Source: Alphaproteobacteria bacterium (GTDB lineage: Bacteria > Pseudomonadota > Alphaproteobacteria > RS24). Taken from it: DNA of 25,360 nt. Of this stretch, positions 1 to 9,939 are shown in pieces. Under the pieces are notes generated by a model. That model was not told the origin of the DNA and ran no database searches. It saw only the letters and a list, made by a program, of their open reading frames with translations. The translations under genes were made by a program, and so were the position numbers. The stretch is from positions 1-25,360 of the forward strand of contig JAAOIL010000162.1 of the NCBI GenBank assembly GCA_015163825.1, read 5' to 3'. The stretch's first letter is position 1, and every line of letters starts with the position of its first letter.

Positions 1-612
1 ACAGGCATTATTACAGATATAGGGTGTGTGAAAAAAATCACACAAGGGGGCGATGTCCGCTTTGACATAACCACGACATACGAAACGGCGGGGATAAATA
101 TAGGCGCGTCTATAGCATGTTCGGGTGTGTGTTTAACGGTCATAGAAAAAGGCGCAGATTGGTTTGCGGTAGAGGCTTCGCAAGAAACTTTGTCATTAAG
201 CACGGCTGGAACATGGCAAGCCAACACCCCCCTTAATCTAGAACGTGCCCTAACAATGGGTGATGAGTTAGGCGGGCATATTGTATCTGGTCATGTTGAT
301 GGTGTGGCGAAGATAGAGGCGATAGATAATGTCGGCGACAGCAAGCGATTCACATTTTGCGCCCCGCCCGACCTTATGAGGTTTGTGGCGATTAAGGGAT
401 CTATTGTGCTGGATGGTGTATCGCTCACGGTAAATTCACTTAATGTGAATAGTCCCACAGAAAATACATTTTCTGTGAACATTATTCCCCATACACAAGG
501 GGCGACCACTTTTGGTGCGGCGCAAATGGGTGATAAAGTGAATATAGAGATTGATATGCTAGCCCGCTATGTTGCGCGGTTGCAAGACTGGAAAGGAGAC
601 AGCGATGTCTGA
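1..612 (+). CDS. ribE: Riboflavin synthase alpha chain, 5'-truncated by the window edge
   Basis: Frame from base 1 reads TGIITDIGCVKK, matching the canonical MFTGII N-terminus, so the true start lies about 6 nt before the window rather than at the GTG at 28. Motifs GASIACSGVCLTV, GGHIVSGHVDG, KGSIVLDGVSLTVN and VNIEIDMLARY are present. Confidence 0.95.
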   Translation, partial: TGIITDIGCVKKITQGGDVRFDITTTYETAGINIGASIACSGVCLTVIEKGADWFAVEASQETLSLSTAGTWQANTPLNLERALTMGDELGGHIVSGHVDGVAKIEAIDNVGDSKRFTFCAPPDLMRFVAIKGSIVLDGVSLTVNSLNVNSPTENTFSVNIIPHTQGATTFGAAQMGDKVNIEIDMLARYVARLQDWKGDSDV

Positions 613-1711
613 ATATAGCCAATACTTATCCTCTGCGGAGGAGATAATAGAAGATGCCCGCAATGGCAAAATGATTGTGCTGGTTGATGCCGAAGACAGA
701 GAAAACGAGGGCGACCTTGTTATTCCGTCTCAAATGGCAACGCCCGATGCGATTAATTTTATGGCGAAGTTCGGGCGTGGTTTGATTTGCCTGACCCTAC
801 CAGAGGCAAGAGCCGCCCAGTTGCAATTATCTTTGATGTCGCAGAACAATGCGACTCGTCATCAGACGGCATTCACGGTTTCTATTGAAGCGCGGGAGGG
901 TGTGACGACTGGTATCTCCGCCCATGACAGAGCCCATACGATAGCGGTAGCGATAGACCCGACCAAAAATGCCAATGATATTGTCACGCCCGGTCATGTA
1001 TTCCCACTGGTGGCGCGGGAAGGCGGCGTGTTAGTGCGGGCAGGGCATACCGAAGCGGCAGTAGATATATCTCGTCTGGCGGGGCTTTATCCATCTGGGG
1101 TTATTTGCGAGATTATGAATGATGATGGCACAATGGCACGACTGCCAGATTTAGTGCAGTTCGCGCAATTGCATGGGTTAAAACTCGGCACCATTGCAGA
1201 CCTCATCGCCTATCGTCGGCGCAAAGATACGTTGGTGGAACGCGTCTATGAAGGCACATTTGAAGCGCAAGCGGGGGGTACATTTCAAGCGATGGTCTTC
1301 ATCAATAAAATCACCAATGAAGAACATATCGCTTTGGTGAAAGGCGACATAGCGAGTGGTTCTAAACCAGTGCTAACGCGCTTCCATGCAGAGAATATCG
1401 TTAATGATGTGCTGGGCAGTGCCGCACCTCGTGCCAATACTTTGCAAAAATCAATGGAGATTATTGGGAAAGAAGATAGGGGCGTGATTGTCTTTATTCG
1501 CAACACCTCCCCCACGCCATTTTCTGATGTGCTAAACCTACAAGCCAGCGATGATAAACCTTCGCAATTGCGTGATTATGGTATTGGGGCGCAGATTGTT
1601 TTAGATTTGGGCGTGCATGATATTGAATTATTATCAGATACGCCTCGTAATGTTGTCGCTCTTGATGGCTATGATTTAAAAATATCTGGCAGACGCCCTA
1701 TTTTAGGGTAA
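605..1711 (+). CDS. ribB: 3,4-dihydroxy-2-butanone 4-phosphate synthase fused to a degenerate GTP cyclohydrolase II-like domain (RibBX-type)
   Basis: Motifs [34 protein letters not shown] and [18 protein letters not shown] at 605 follows a GGAG RBS and overlaps the end of ribE. The C-terminal domain has the [10 protein letters not shown] motif but no Cys. Confidence 0.93.
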   Translation: MSEYSQYLSSAEEIIEDARNGKMIVLVDAEDRENEGDLVIPSQMATPDAINFMAKFGRGLICLTLPEARAAQLQLSLMSQNNATRHQTAFTVSIEAREGVTTGISAHDRAHTIAVAIDPTKNANDIVTPGHVFPLVAREGGVLVRAGHTEAAVDISRLAGLYPSGVICEIMNDDGTMARLPDLVQFAQLHGLKLGTIADLIAYRRRKDTLVERVYEGTFEAQAGGTFQAMVFINKITNEEHIALVKGDIASGSKPVLTRFHAENIVNDVLGSAAPRANTLQKSMEIIGKEDRGVIVFIRNTSPTPFSDVLNLQASDDKPSQLRDYGIGAQIVLDLGVHDIELLSDTPRNVVALDGYDLKISGRRPILG

Positions 1712-1719
1712 GGTGAATT

Positions 1720-2169
1720 ATGGCACAAAAAATCCTCATCGTGGAAGCACGTTTTTATCCCGCTATGGCAGATGCTCTAGCGCAAGGGGCGATTGCCGCT
1801 ATAGAAGAAGCGGGGGCAAGTTATGACCGCCTAGCCGTGCCGGGTGTTTTGGAACTGCCCTATGCGATAAAATCTGCTTCAACAATAGCGGGAGAAAATC
1901 ATTACGATGCTTATGTGGCGCTGGGTGTTGTCATGCGGGGCGAGACCAGCCACTATGATGTCGTGTGTAATGAAAGTGCCAGAGGGCTTATGGATTTAGG
2001 GTTGCAATATAATCTGGCGATAGGCAATGGCATTCAAACCGTTGAAGACGAAGCGCAAGCATGGGCAAGGTGCAAACCAGATGACAAAGATAAAGGTGGT
2101 GGTGCGGCGCACGCAGCATTGGCATTATTAGACTATCAAACAAAACTCCGCATAATGACAGGCGCATGA
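1720..2169 (+). CDS. ribH: 6,7-dimethyl-8-ribityllumazine synthase
   Basis: Motifs IVEARFY, VPGVLELP and ALGVVMRGETSHYDVV; located in the rib operon. Confidence 0.95.
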   Translation: MAQKILIVEARFYPAMADALAQGAIAAIEEAGASYDRLAVPGVLELPYAIKSASTIAGENHYDAYVALGVVMRGETSHYDVVCNESARGLMDLGLQYNLAIGNGIQTVEDEAQAWARCKPDDKDKGGGAAHAALALLDYQTKLRIMTGA

Positions 2170-2172
2170 GAT

Positions 2173-2679
2173 ATGGGACAAGATAAACACGAGGCAAAAA
2201 GAGCCGCACGATTATGTGCCGTGCAAGCCCTTTATCAAATGGACATTGCGACCTCTGATTTAGACACAACGATAGAGCAGTTTCGCGAGCATCAATTCAA
2301 TAATGATGTCAGCGACTTTAAGGAAGTTGATGGCGATTATTTTGAATTCATTGTGCGGGGCGTGTTTGACCATCAATCTCGTATTGATAAAATCATTGAT
2401 GAGCATTTATCGGTTAAGTGGCGTCTGTCGCGTTTGGATAGCACTTTGCGAGCTTTGTTGCGGTGTGGCGTGCAAGAATTATTACACACGCCCGACATCA
2501 CCTCTGCGATTTTGATAAAACAATATGTGGATATGGCACACGCTTTCTTTGCCGATGCAGAAGGCGGTATGGCAAATGCCGTGCTAGATAAAATCGCTAA
2601 AGATTTACAAGATGCCAAAGATTTACAAGATGCCAAAGATTCACAAGATGCCAAAAATTCACAAAATGAAAGAGTTTGA
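2173..2679 (+). CDS. nusB: Transcription antitermination factor NusB with a repeat-encoded C-terminal extension
   Basis: Motifs ARLCAVQALYQMD, W-RL-RLD-LRA-LR and NAVLDKIA; conserved position after ribH. Confidence 0.95.
   Translation: MGQDKHEAKRAARLCAVQALYQMDIATSDLDTTIEQFREHQFNNDVSDFKEVDGDYFEFIVRGVFDHQSRIDKIIDEHLSVKWRLSRLDSTLRALLRCGVQELLHTPDITSAILIKQYVDMAHAFFADAEGGMANAVLDKIAKDLQDAKDLQDAKDSQDAKNSQNERV
2599..2670 (+). repeat. 18-bp tandem repeat, 4 copies (AAAGATTTACAAGATGCC consensus)
   Basis: Units at 2599, 2617, 2635 and 2653 with polar degeneration. They encode KDLQDA-KDLQDA-KDSQDA-KNSQNE in nusB. Confidence 0.95.
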
Positions 2680-3628
2680 ATTAATAGAGTCATTATTTTC
2701 ACAACAAGCAGGGCAGGCGGGCTTGGGCTTGCAAGATGATGCCGCTTGCTGGCAACCACCACCCGACCACGACATTATATTATCCGTCGATATGCTGGTG
2801 GCAGGGGTGCATTTCCCTGTGGGGGCAAGCCCCGCCCTTGTGGCAGCAAGATTGGTCGGCTGTGCCTTATCAGACCTCGCCGCCAAAGGGGCAAAACCAG
2901 AAGGGTGCTTGCTCACTCTAGCTTTTGGGGGAGCATTCGGGGGAGCATTCGGTCAATGGGATGAACTATTCTTGCAAGACTTCGCCGCTGCCTTCCATAA
3001 AGAATGTACCCGCCATAATGTGTCGCTATGGGGTGGCGATAGTGTATCGGCACCCACCCCAAGTGTATCGCTCAGTGTGTATGGGGTTGTGCCGCATGGC
3101 ACAATGATAAAACGAAGCGGCGCCAATGTCGGCGATGATGTCTATGTCAGTGGTGTCATAGGCGGTGGCATTGTCGGTCTGCAAGAGGCTCTAAAAGATA
3201 TAAAGTCTAGCACCAAAACTTATAGCAATCCCGAGCCACGCCTCGCTTTGGGGCAACATTTGCGAGACCTAGCAAGTGCCAGCATAGATATTTCAGACGG
3301 ATTGCTCGCCGATGTCGGGCATATCTGCAAAGCCAGCGATGTCGCCATAGATATGGAGTGCAACGCTATTCCCCTCATCAATAATACGCTCAATGATGCT
3401 CTGACTTTTGACGATATGATTACAGGCGGAGACGATTATGAACTCGCCTTCACCGCCAACCCCACCCATCGCACCGCCATTACTAGCCTTGCGAAAACCC
3501 TATCGCTCCCCCTCACACGCATCGGAATAGTTAAAGAAAAAGGAGCAACAGGCGAATCTCTAACCCTCATCACCGCCGAGGGCAAACCCCACCCGCTTCC
3601 CAAAAAACGCGGCTTCTCACATATTTGA
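2666..3628 (+). CDS. thiL: Thiamine-monophosphate kinase
   Basis: MKEFELI N-terminus, DDAA, DMLVAGVHF, LSDLAAKGA, GGDS, SIDISDGLLADVGHI and GGDDYELAFT. Start placed at ATG 2666; the upstream in-frame ATGs are products of the repeat. Confidence 0.93.
   Translation: MKEFELIESLFSQQAGQAGLGLQDDAACWQPPPDHDIILSVDMLVAGVHFPVGASPALVAARLVGCALSDLAAKGAKPEGCLLTLAFGGAFGGAFGQWDELFLQDFAAAFHKECTRHNVSLWGGDSVSAPTPSVSLSVYGVVPHGTMIKRSGANVGDDVYVSGVIGGGIVGLQEALKDIKSSTKTYSNPEPRLALGQHLRDLASASIDISDGLLADVGHICKASDVAIDMECNAIPLINNTLNDALTFDDMITGGDDYELAFTANPTHRTAITSLAKTLSLPLTRIGIVKEKGATGESLTLITAEGKPHPLPKKRGFSHI
2921..2956 (+). repeat. 12-bp tandem repeat, about 3 copies, in thiL (AFGG-AFGG-AFGQ)
   Basis: gcttttggggga / gcattcggggga / gcattcggtcaa. 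Confidence 0.85.
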
Positions 3629-3700
3629 GGGAAAACCCTTGCTTTTTTGTGCGAATCCTGCGATGTTTCCGCCACTTAAACTTAAATTCGGGAGATAATT

Positions 3701-5809
3701 ATGAGCAATTTAATGTGGCTTATCATCGCGTCGGGCTTTTTGGCGTTGATTTATGGCATGGGAACGGTGCGTGGCATTCTTGCGGCACCGACTGGTAATG
3801 AACGGATGCAGGAGATTGCTTCTGCCATTCAAGAGGGGGCATCGGCTTTCCTTAGTCGGCAATATAGGGCGATTGCTATTGTAGGCGTCGTGATTGCCAT
3901 TTTGGTCTATTATTTGCTTGGCTGGAAGGTGTCTGTTGGCTTTATCGTTGGCGCGACTTTATCGGGGCTTGCTGGCTATATCGGTATGTTGGTATCGGTG
4001 CGCGCTAATGTTCGCACGACACATGCGGCATCGGTCAGTTTAGCGGCTGGCTTATCTATGGCGTTCCGTTCGGGTGCGGTCACAGGTATGTTGGTTGCGG
4101 GTCTGGCTCTTCTTGCGGTAGCGGGTTATTTTGCTTTCTTAATCTTTGGGCTTGATATTGCCCCCGATAGTCGCGAAGTCGTTGATGCGATGATTGGGCT
4201 AGGCTTTGGGGCATCACTTATTTCTATATTCGCGCGACTTGGCGGCGGCATATTCACCAAAGGCGCAGATGTCGGTGGTGATTTAGTCGGCAAAGTAGAA
4301 GCGGGTATTCCCGAAGATGATCCTCGCAATCCTGCGACCATAGCAGATAATGTCGGCGATAATGTTGGCGACTGCGCTGGTATGGCGGCAGATTTATTTG
4401 AAACCTATGCTGTTACAATCGTGGCGACTATGGTGCTCAGCTCCATATTCTTCTCGGCAGATGCATTGGTAATGATGTTGTATCCGCTAACAATCGGGGC
4501 GACTTGTATTATCACTTCTATCATCGGCACATTTTTTGTGCGTCTGGGTAAAAGTCAATCCATTATGGGGGCGCTTTATAAAGGCTTTATTGCTTCGGCG
4601 GTGTTCTCGCTGATTGCGCTTTATTTCGTGACCGACCATGTTATCGGGCTAGAAACACAGCGCATCGTGGAAGGGCAAGCCGTTACAGGGCTAGACCTTT
4701 ATCTATGTGGTGTGGTGGGGCTTGCCATTACGGGTCTCATCGTGTGGATTACTGAATATTATACAGGCGTTGATTATCGCCCTGTTAAATCAATTGCCGC
4801 CGCTTCCGAAACAGGGCACGGCACAAATGTTATTCAAGGGCTGGCTGTTTCTATGGAAGCGACTGCTTTGCCATCATTGGTTATCGTGGTTGGTATTTTC
4901 GCAACCTATGCATTGGCGGGCTTGTTCGGCATTGCGATTGCGGTGACAACGATGTTGGCACTGGCGGGTATGGTCGTGGCACTAGACGCATTCGGTCCCG
5001 TTACAGATAATGCTGGTGGCATTGCGGAAATGGCTGAACTGCCAGAAGATGTCCGCAAAACAACAGACGCATTAGACGCTGTTGGCAATACAACAAAAGC
5101 GGTCACCAAAGGCTATGCGATTGGCTCTGCTGGTTTGGGTGCTTTGGTGTTGTTTGCGGCTTATACGCAAGACCTAAAATACTTTGCGAATAATTCGTCT
5201 TATGCCTATTTTGAAGGTGTCACGCCTGACTTTTCTTTGTCCAATCCTTATGTGGTTATTGGCTTGTTTGTTGGTGGTATGTTGCCTTATCTTTTTGGTG
5301 CTATGGGTATGATGGCAGTGGGGCGCGCAGGGGGTGCTATCGTTGAAGAAGTGCGCCGCCAGTTCCGTGAAAAGCCCGGCATCATGAAGGGCACAGAAAA
5401 ACCAGATTACACTGCGGCAGTAGATTTACTGACACGCGCGGCAATCAAAGAGATGATTGTTCCGTCTTTATTGCCCGTGTTATCGCCTATCGTTTTATAC
5501 TTTGTGATAAGCAGTGTTGCGGATAAATCTGCAGGGTTCTCGGCTTTGGGTGCGATGTTGTTGGGTGTTATTGTGACGGGGCTATTCGTGGCTTTGTCTA
5601 TGACGGCTGGCGGTGGCGCATGGGATAATGCCAAGAAATATATTGAAGACGGGCATCATGGCGGCAAAGGCTCTGAGGCACATAAGGCGGCGGTGACAGG
5701 TGATACTGTTGGCGATCCTTATAAAGACACAGCAGGTCCTGCTATCAATCCTATGATTAAGATAACGAATATCGTAGCGTTGTTATTGCTGGCTATACTA
5801 GCCCATTAG
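3701..5809 (+). CDS. hppA: Membrane-bound proton-translocating pyrophosphatase, K+-independent type
   Basis: Motifs [57 protein letters not shown] and [23 protein letters not shown] carries Lys at the K+-dependence determinant position. Confidence 0.96.
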   Translation: MSNLMWLIIASGFLALIYGMGTVRGILAAPTGNERMQEIASAIQEGASAFLSRQYRAIAIVGVVIAILVYYLLGWKVSVGFIVGATLSGLAGYIGMLVSVRANVRTTHAASVSLAAGLSMAFRSGAVTGMLVAGLALLAVAGYFAFLIFGLDIAPDSREVVDAMIGLGFGASLISIFARLGGGIFTKGADVGGDLVGKVEAGIPEDDPRNPATIADNVGDNVGDCAGMAADLFETYAVTIVATMVLSSIFFSADALVMMLYPLTIGATCIITSIIGTFFVRLGKSQSIMGALYKGFIASAVFSLIALYFVTDHVIGLETQRIVEGQAVTGLDLYLCGVVGLAITGLIVWITEYYTGVDYRPVKSIAAASETGHGTNVIQGLAVSMEATALPSLVIVVGIFATYALAGLFGIAIAVTTMLALAGMVVALDAFGPVTDNAGGIAEMAELPEDVRKTTDALDAVGNTTKAVTKGYAIGSAGLGALVLFAAYTQDLKYFANNSSYAYFEGVTPDFSLSNPYVVIGLFVGGMLPYLFGAMGMMAVGRAGGAIVEEVRRQFREKPGIMKGTEKPDYTAAVDLLTRAAIKEMIVPSLLPVLSPIVLYFVISSVADKSAGFSALGAMLLGVIVTGLFVALSMTAGGGAWDNAKKYIEDGHHGGKGSEAHKAAVTGDTVGDPYKDTAGPAINPMIKITNIVALLLLAILAH

Positions 5810-5833
5810 GGATTAGGTTTTAGGGGTGGTGGT

Positions 5834-6280
5834 TTATAAATCGCCGCCACTCCCGAACCGCCCGAAATTACCCAAAATTTGTCGCAAAGCAGATAGAGTG
5901 CTGCCTTGTGTTTGTGTTTCCTCATCGCTATAGGCAACGATGATACCATCGTCTAATCCATATTTATTGATAGCGGTAACTTTATCATTTCCGTCAAATT
6001 CTATTGCCATTATGCGCCGCTCTTTTTCGTCTGGGCTGAATAGGGTGTGTGTTTCGTAGCGGCTATAGATATAATATATGGTGCGATTATCAATTGCCGA
6101 TTGCGATGAGGGCACACCCAATAGGGCGATGACTTCTAATCTGTCTGTGCCGTTTTCAACTTGTGCTAGCCGTGATGGTTCAAACACATAGCCACGATAA
6201 TCCACAACGGGGGTGCAAGCGGCAAGGCTTGTTGCCAAAGCAACAGCGCATAGGTGTTTTGTGTATTTGTTATATTTCAT
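5834..6280 (-). CDS. bamE: Outer membrane protein assembly factor BamE (SmpA/OmlA) lipoprotein
   Basis: LAAC lipobox followed by TP-VDYRGY, a V--LLG-PS motif and 'LRQILGNFGR'. Conserved position divergent from the Cbp3-type chaperone. Confidence 0.88.
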   Translation of the reverse strand: MKYNKYTKHLCAVALATSLAACTPVVDYRGYVFEPSRLAQVENGTDRLEVIALLGVPSSQSAIDNRTIYYIYSRYETHTLFSPDEKERRIMAIEFDGNDKVTAINKYGLDDGIIVAYSDEETQTQGSTLSALRQILGNFGRFGSGGDL

Positions 6281-6358
6281 CTATAATCCTTATCTGCAAT
6301 GCTTCTACTTTATATAGAGGCATTTTACAAGTCATGCGATAAAAGGCTGAGAAAAATA

Positions 6359-6928
6359 ATGGGACTATGGAATTTATTATGGGGGCGACGCGCGCCAGAT
6401 GTGTCGCGCACTTATACGGCATTGGTGGCGGCGGCTAGGGCATTGCCCCTTTACGAGGCGGGGGCACCCGATACATTAGATGGGCGTTTTGATATGTTGG
6501 TTTTACATTTGCACCTTGTTTTGCGCAGATTGCGGGTGCTGGGGCAGGATAACAGCCCCGAATCACATCGTTTCGCGCAAGCCTTATTTGACCATTTTTT
6601 CCAGAATATGGACGAAACCTTGCGTGAAATGGGCGTGGGGGATACGAGCGTTGGCAAACGTATTCGCAAGATGGCGCAAGCCTATTATGGTCGGGCGAAG
6701 GCTTATGACATTGCTTTGTCGGGGGCATTATCCGCTTCCAGCCCCGACCAGATAGACAAAGTGGCGGTGGTCTTGGCTCGCAACCTCTATCCTGATTGTG
6801 CCCCTGATAGTCATACACCCCCATCGCTTGCGAGATTGGCGACTTATATTATTTCGTTTGAGGCGGGTTTGGGTGTATGCTCATTGGCACAAATCAGTGC
6901 TGGTTCTGTGCCGAATATATCCCCTTGA
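6359..6928 (+). CDS. Ubiquinol-cytochrome c chaperone (Cbp3/UQCC1 family)
   Basis: Motifs PDTLDGRFDMLVLH, MDETLREMGVGD-SVGKRIRKM and YYGRAKAYD. Start ATG 6359 is preferred over 6299. Confidence 0.9.
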   Translation: MGLWNLLWGRRAPDVSRTYTALVAAARALPLYEAGAPDTLDGRFDMLVLHLHLVLRRLRVLGQDNSPESHRFAQALFDHFFQNMDETLREMGVGDTSVGKRIRKMAQAYYGRAKAYDIALSGALSASSPDQIDKVAVVLARNLYPDCAPDSHTPPSLARLATYIISFEAGLGVCSLAQISAGSVPNISP

Positions 6929-6970
6929 TATACTCCTTGATATACTCCTTGATATACTCCTTGATATATT
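6923..6970 (+). repeat. 12-bp tandem repeat, 4 copies (CCTTGATATACT), mostly intergenic
   Basis: Three exact units at 6923, 6935 and 6947 plus CCTTGATATATT at 6959. The first unit contains the TGA stop of the chaperone gene. Confidence 0.97.
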
Positions 6971-7016
6971 CTGAAAATTGTCGCATTTTACAGGTTGAAA
7001 AAAAGGAAAAGATTTT

Positions 7017-8075
7017 ATGAAGCATACAGAGACGAAAGTCACGATAGCCGTAGATGCGATGGGTGGTGATCATGGAGCCTCGGTTGTTATTCCGTCTTTG
7101 GTTCGTGTTTCGCAACATTATACGGAGGGCTTTTTCATTCTGTATGGGGATGAGGCGCAGATAGAGGCGCAGTTGAGCGAGCACCCCTCATTGCGGAGCA
7201 TCACACGGGTAGAGCATTGTGAAATGGCGATACCGATGGATATGAAGCCGGCGCGTGCTTTGCGTGTTGGTCGCCGTGTTAGCAGTATGTGGCAAGCGAT
7301 AGAAGCGGTTAAAGCGGGTCAGGCGCAAGCGTGTCTTTCGGCGGGCAATACTGGTGCGTTGATGGCGATGTCCAAGATTATTTTACGCACCCATGCGGGG
7401 ATAGAGCGACCCCCGATTGCGGGGCTATGGCCGACATTAGAGGGCGAGAGTGTTGTGCTAGATGTTGGCGCAACGATAGGTGGCACGGCATCACAATATG
7501 TGCAGTTTGCGGTTATGGGTGTTGCTTATGCGAAGATTGTTTTGGGATTGGATAATCCTCGTGTTGCGTTATTGAATATCGGCATAGAGGATATCAAAGG
7601 CACGGATAGCATTAAGCATGCGGCGGAATTATTGTCTTCGTCTAATTTGAATTTCATCGGCTTTATTGAGGCAGATGCGATAGGGCGCGGCGAGGCGGAT
7701 GTCGTTGTGACAGACGGCTTTACAGGCAATGTCGCGGTAAAAGCGGCGGAGGGGACATCACGACAAATCTCGGCGATATTGAAAATCTCTATGGAGCGCA
7801 GTCTTATGGCACGGCTTGGGTTTTTCTTGGCGCGGGGGGCCTTTACGACATTGCGCGGCAAGATGAACCCGAATGCGTCAAATGGGGGCATGTTGCTTGG
7901 CTTGCGTGGCAGTGTTATTAAAAGTCATGGCGGTGTTGATGCAGAGGGTTTTGCTATCGCGGCTGAGGTGGCGATAGAAGTTGCGAAAGCCGATATCGCC
8001 AGCGTCATTGAAAGAGATATAGAAGCCATGCAAACTCTATTAGATGAAGCATGGGCAGAAGAGGTGGAAGGATGA
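7017..8075 (+). CDS. plsX: Phosphate acyltransferase PlsX
   Basis: Motifs IAVDAMGGD, SAGNTGALMA, IERPPIA, LDVGA, LLNIGIEDIKG, DVVVTDGFTGN and GSVIKSHG. Confidence 0.96.
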   Translation: MKHTETKVTIAVDAMGGDHGASVVIPSLVRVSQHYTEGFFILYGDEAQIEAQLSEHPSLRSITRVEHCEMAIPMDMKPARALRVGRRVSSMWQAIEAVKAGQAQACLSAGNTGALMAMSKIILRTHAGIERPPIAGLWPTLEGESVVLDVGATIGGTASQYVQFAVMGVAYAKIVLGLDNPRVALLNIGIEDIKGTDSIKHAAELLSSSNLNFIGFIEADAIGRGEADVVVTDGFTGNVAVKAAEGTSRQISAILKISMERSLMARLGFFLARGAFTTLRGKMNPNASNGGMLLGLRGSVIKSHGGVDAEGFAIAAEVAIEVAKADIASVIERDIEAMQTLLDEAWAEEVEG

Positions 8076-9043
8076 TACGCGCAAAAATAACAGGACTTGG
8101 TGTTTATCTACCGCAGAACATTGTGACGAATGATGACCTCGCCAAAACATTGGATACCAGTGATGAGTGGATAAAATCGCGTTCAGGTATTCGCCAACGC
8201 CACATAGCGGCGACGGGGGAGACGACGGCGCAATTGGGTTATCATGCGGCGGTGCGGGCATTAAAAGATGCGAGCCTAACCATAGACGATATTGATACGA
8301 TTATTGTTGCCACCACCACACCGGAGCGCACCACACCCTCGACAGGGGCATATATTCAGCATCAGTTTGGTGTAAGTCATGGGGCGGTGTTTGATGTGCA
8401 GGCGGCTTGTTCGGGCTTTGTCTATGGGCTGGATACGGCGGCGGCGCGGATAGAGACAGGGCGGTCGCAAAATACTTTGATGATAGCGGCAGAAACGATA
8501 AGTCGCATTACAGATTGGCAAGATAGAAGCACGGCAGTTCTATTTGGCGATGGGGCGGGTGCTGTTGTTATGCAAGCCAGCGAAACCCCCGATAAAAAGA
8601 GCGGTGCACAAGTGTTGGGTAGTTACCTTCGCCTTGATGGTATGTTGACGGATATATTAGAAACCGATGGCGGGGCTTCTTATAATCAAACATCGGGTGT
8701 GTTGCGTATGCACGGCAAAGAGGTGTTTCGCCATGCGGTCAGAAACATTGCTTCATCGGTGGAAATTTTACTAGAGCAAGAAAATATGACAATGGATGAA
8801 ATAGATTGGTTCATTCCCCACCAAGCCAATCTGCGTATTATAGATGCGGTCGGCAAAAAACTTAACTTCCCCGAAGCAAAAACGATTATCAGTGTAGATA
8901 AACACGCCAATACATCGGCTGCCTCTATCCCTCTGGCACTGGCGGTGGGCGTGGAAGACGGACGCATAAAAAGAGGCGACACCCTTATGTTGGCGGCTAT
9001 GGGGGCTGGTCTCAGTTGGGGGTCTAGCCTCGTGCGTTGGTAA
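8072..9043 (+). CDS. fabH: 3-oxoacyl-ACP synthase III
   Basis: DTSDEWI, catalytic AACSGF, LFGDGAGA, PHQAN and ANTSAASIP. ATGA overlap with the plsX stop. Confidence 0.96.
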   Translation: MIRAKITGLGVYLPQNIVTNDDLAKTLDTSDEWIKSRSGIRQRHIAATGETTAQLGYHAAVRALKDASLTIDDIDTIIVATTTPERTTPSTGAYIQHQFGVSHGAVFDVQAACSGFVYGLDTAAARIETGRSQNTLMIAAETISRITDWQDRSTAVLFGDGAGAVVMQASETPDKKSGAQVLGSYLRLDGMLTDILETDGGASYNQTSGVLRMHGKEVFRHAVRNIASSVEILLEQENMTMDEIDWFIPHQANLRIIDAVGKKLNFPEAKTIISVDKHANTSAASIPLALAVGVEDGRIKRGDTLMLAAMGAGLSWGSSLVRW

Positions 9044-9113
9044 GGTGCGGCGTGGTAATTGCGCTGTAATTTCGCTTGCTATATCATAAATTTAGCCCTT
9101 ATATGGTGGGATT

Positions 9114-9434
9114 ATGGAAGACACAAAACCCGATACGCTAACACGTGCCGAATTGGCAAATCTCGTCCATATAGAAATCGGCTTGCCTAAACAGGAATCT
9201 ACCAAAATAGTGGAAACTTTATTAGACGAAATATCTATCGCATTAGAAAGAGGCGAAGAAGTTAAACTCGCCTCATTTGGCAATTTTTCATTGTTGCAGA
9301 AAAAAGAAAGAGTCGGGCGTAACCCTAAAACGGGGGTGGTCGTGCCGATTTCACCGCGCAGGGTTGTCAGTTTCAGAGCCAGCCAAGTGCTTAAAAACAA
9401 AGTGGATAAATCTATGAGCGATATTAAAAAATGA
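9114..9434 (+). CDS. ihfA: Integration host factor subunit alpha
   Basis: Motifs TLTRAEL, VKLASFGNF and RVGRNPKTG-VVPISPRRVVSFRAS; conserved position after fabH. Confidence 0.95.
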   Translation: MEDTKPDTLTRAELANLVHIEIGLPKQESTKIVETLLDEISIALERGEEVKLASFGNFSLLQKKERVGRNPKTGVVVPISPRRVVSFRASQVLKNKVDKSMSDIKK

Positions 9435-9898
9435 CCGAAACAAAGCCCACGCCGCAAACTACAAGCACCTTTCAAAGCATCGCACAAGTGGCAGCAGATC
9501 TGGGGGTGGAGCCGCATGTGTTGCGCTTCTGGGAAACAAAATTTACTGAAATAGCACCGCATAAACATACAGGCGGGCGCAGACTCTATCGGGCAGATGA
9601 TATTGCTTTAGTGCGCGGTATTCATCATTTACTCTATGGGCAAGGGCTTACGATTAAGGGGGCGCAAAAAGTGCTCGCCGATAATGGCACCGCCTATATT
9701 CGCAATATGGGCGCAAACATTACCAAAGGTAAAGCCCCAACGCTTGTCTCTATGGCAAATGCCGCCGCACCCGTCGCCCACGACGCTCTGCTAAATGGTG
9801 CCAATAAACGCACCCTAGAAGATATTCGCGAAAAATTAACACAAGCCCACGCATTGCTAACCGCTAACCCCGACAACACAGCCCCCGATACAGACTAG
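9431..9898 (+). CDS. MerR-family transcriptional regulator
   Basis: Motifs SIAQVA-DLGVEPHVLRFWETKF, GGRRLYR and LLY-QGLTIKGA; conserved ihfA-MerR-tRNA-Pro arrangement. Confidence 0.9.
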   Translation: MTETKPTPQTTSTFQSIAQVAADLGVEPHVLRFWETKFTEIAPHKHTGGRRLYRADDIALVRGIHHLLYGQGLTIKGAQKVLADNGTAYIRNMGANITKGKAPTLVSMANAAAPVAHDALLNGANKRTLEDIREKLTQAHALLTANPDNTAPDTD

Positions 9899-9939
9899 AA
9901 CTTGTGAGACGCATAAAAACCTGTTAAAGCGAGGGCAGT

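Noticed and set aside
430-459. VNSLN-VNSPT quasi-duplication in ribE
   Set aside because: Too degenerate at the DNA level to call a repeat by eye.
2612-2665. N-terminal MPKI(Y/H)K extension of ThiL in the ORF track
   Set aside because: Produced by ATGs in the repeat; the MKEFELI start matches ThiL homologues. Kept only as possible alternative starts.
3701-5809. H+-PPase with glpX as a special PPi energy system
   Set aside because: Both are ordinary members of this conserved alphaproteobacterial neighbourhood.
6923-6970. CRISPR or iteron interpretation of the 12-bp repeats
   Set aside because: The units are directly adjacent with no spacers, are too short, and there are no cas or rep genes.
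6894-7184. Minus-strand 96-aa ORF with KEYI repeats
   Set aside because: The KEYI periodicity is just the 12-bp repeat read on the other strand, and the ORF overlaps plsX and the chaperone gene antisense.
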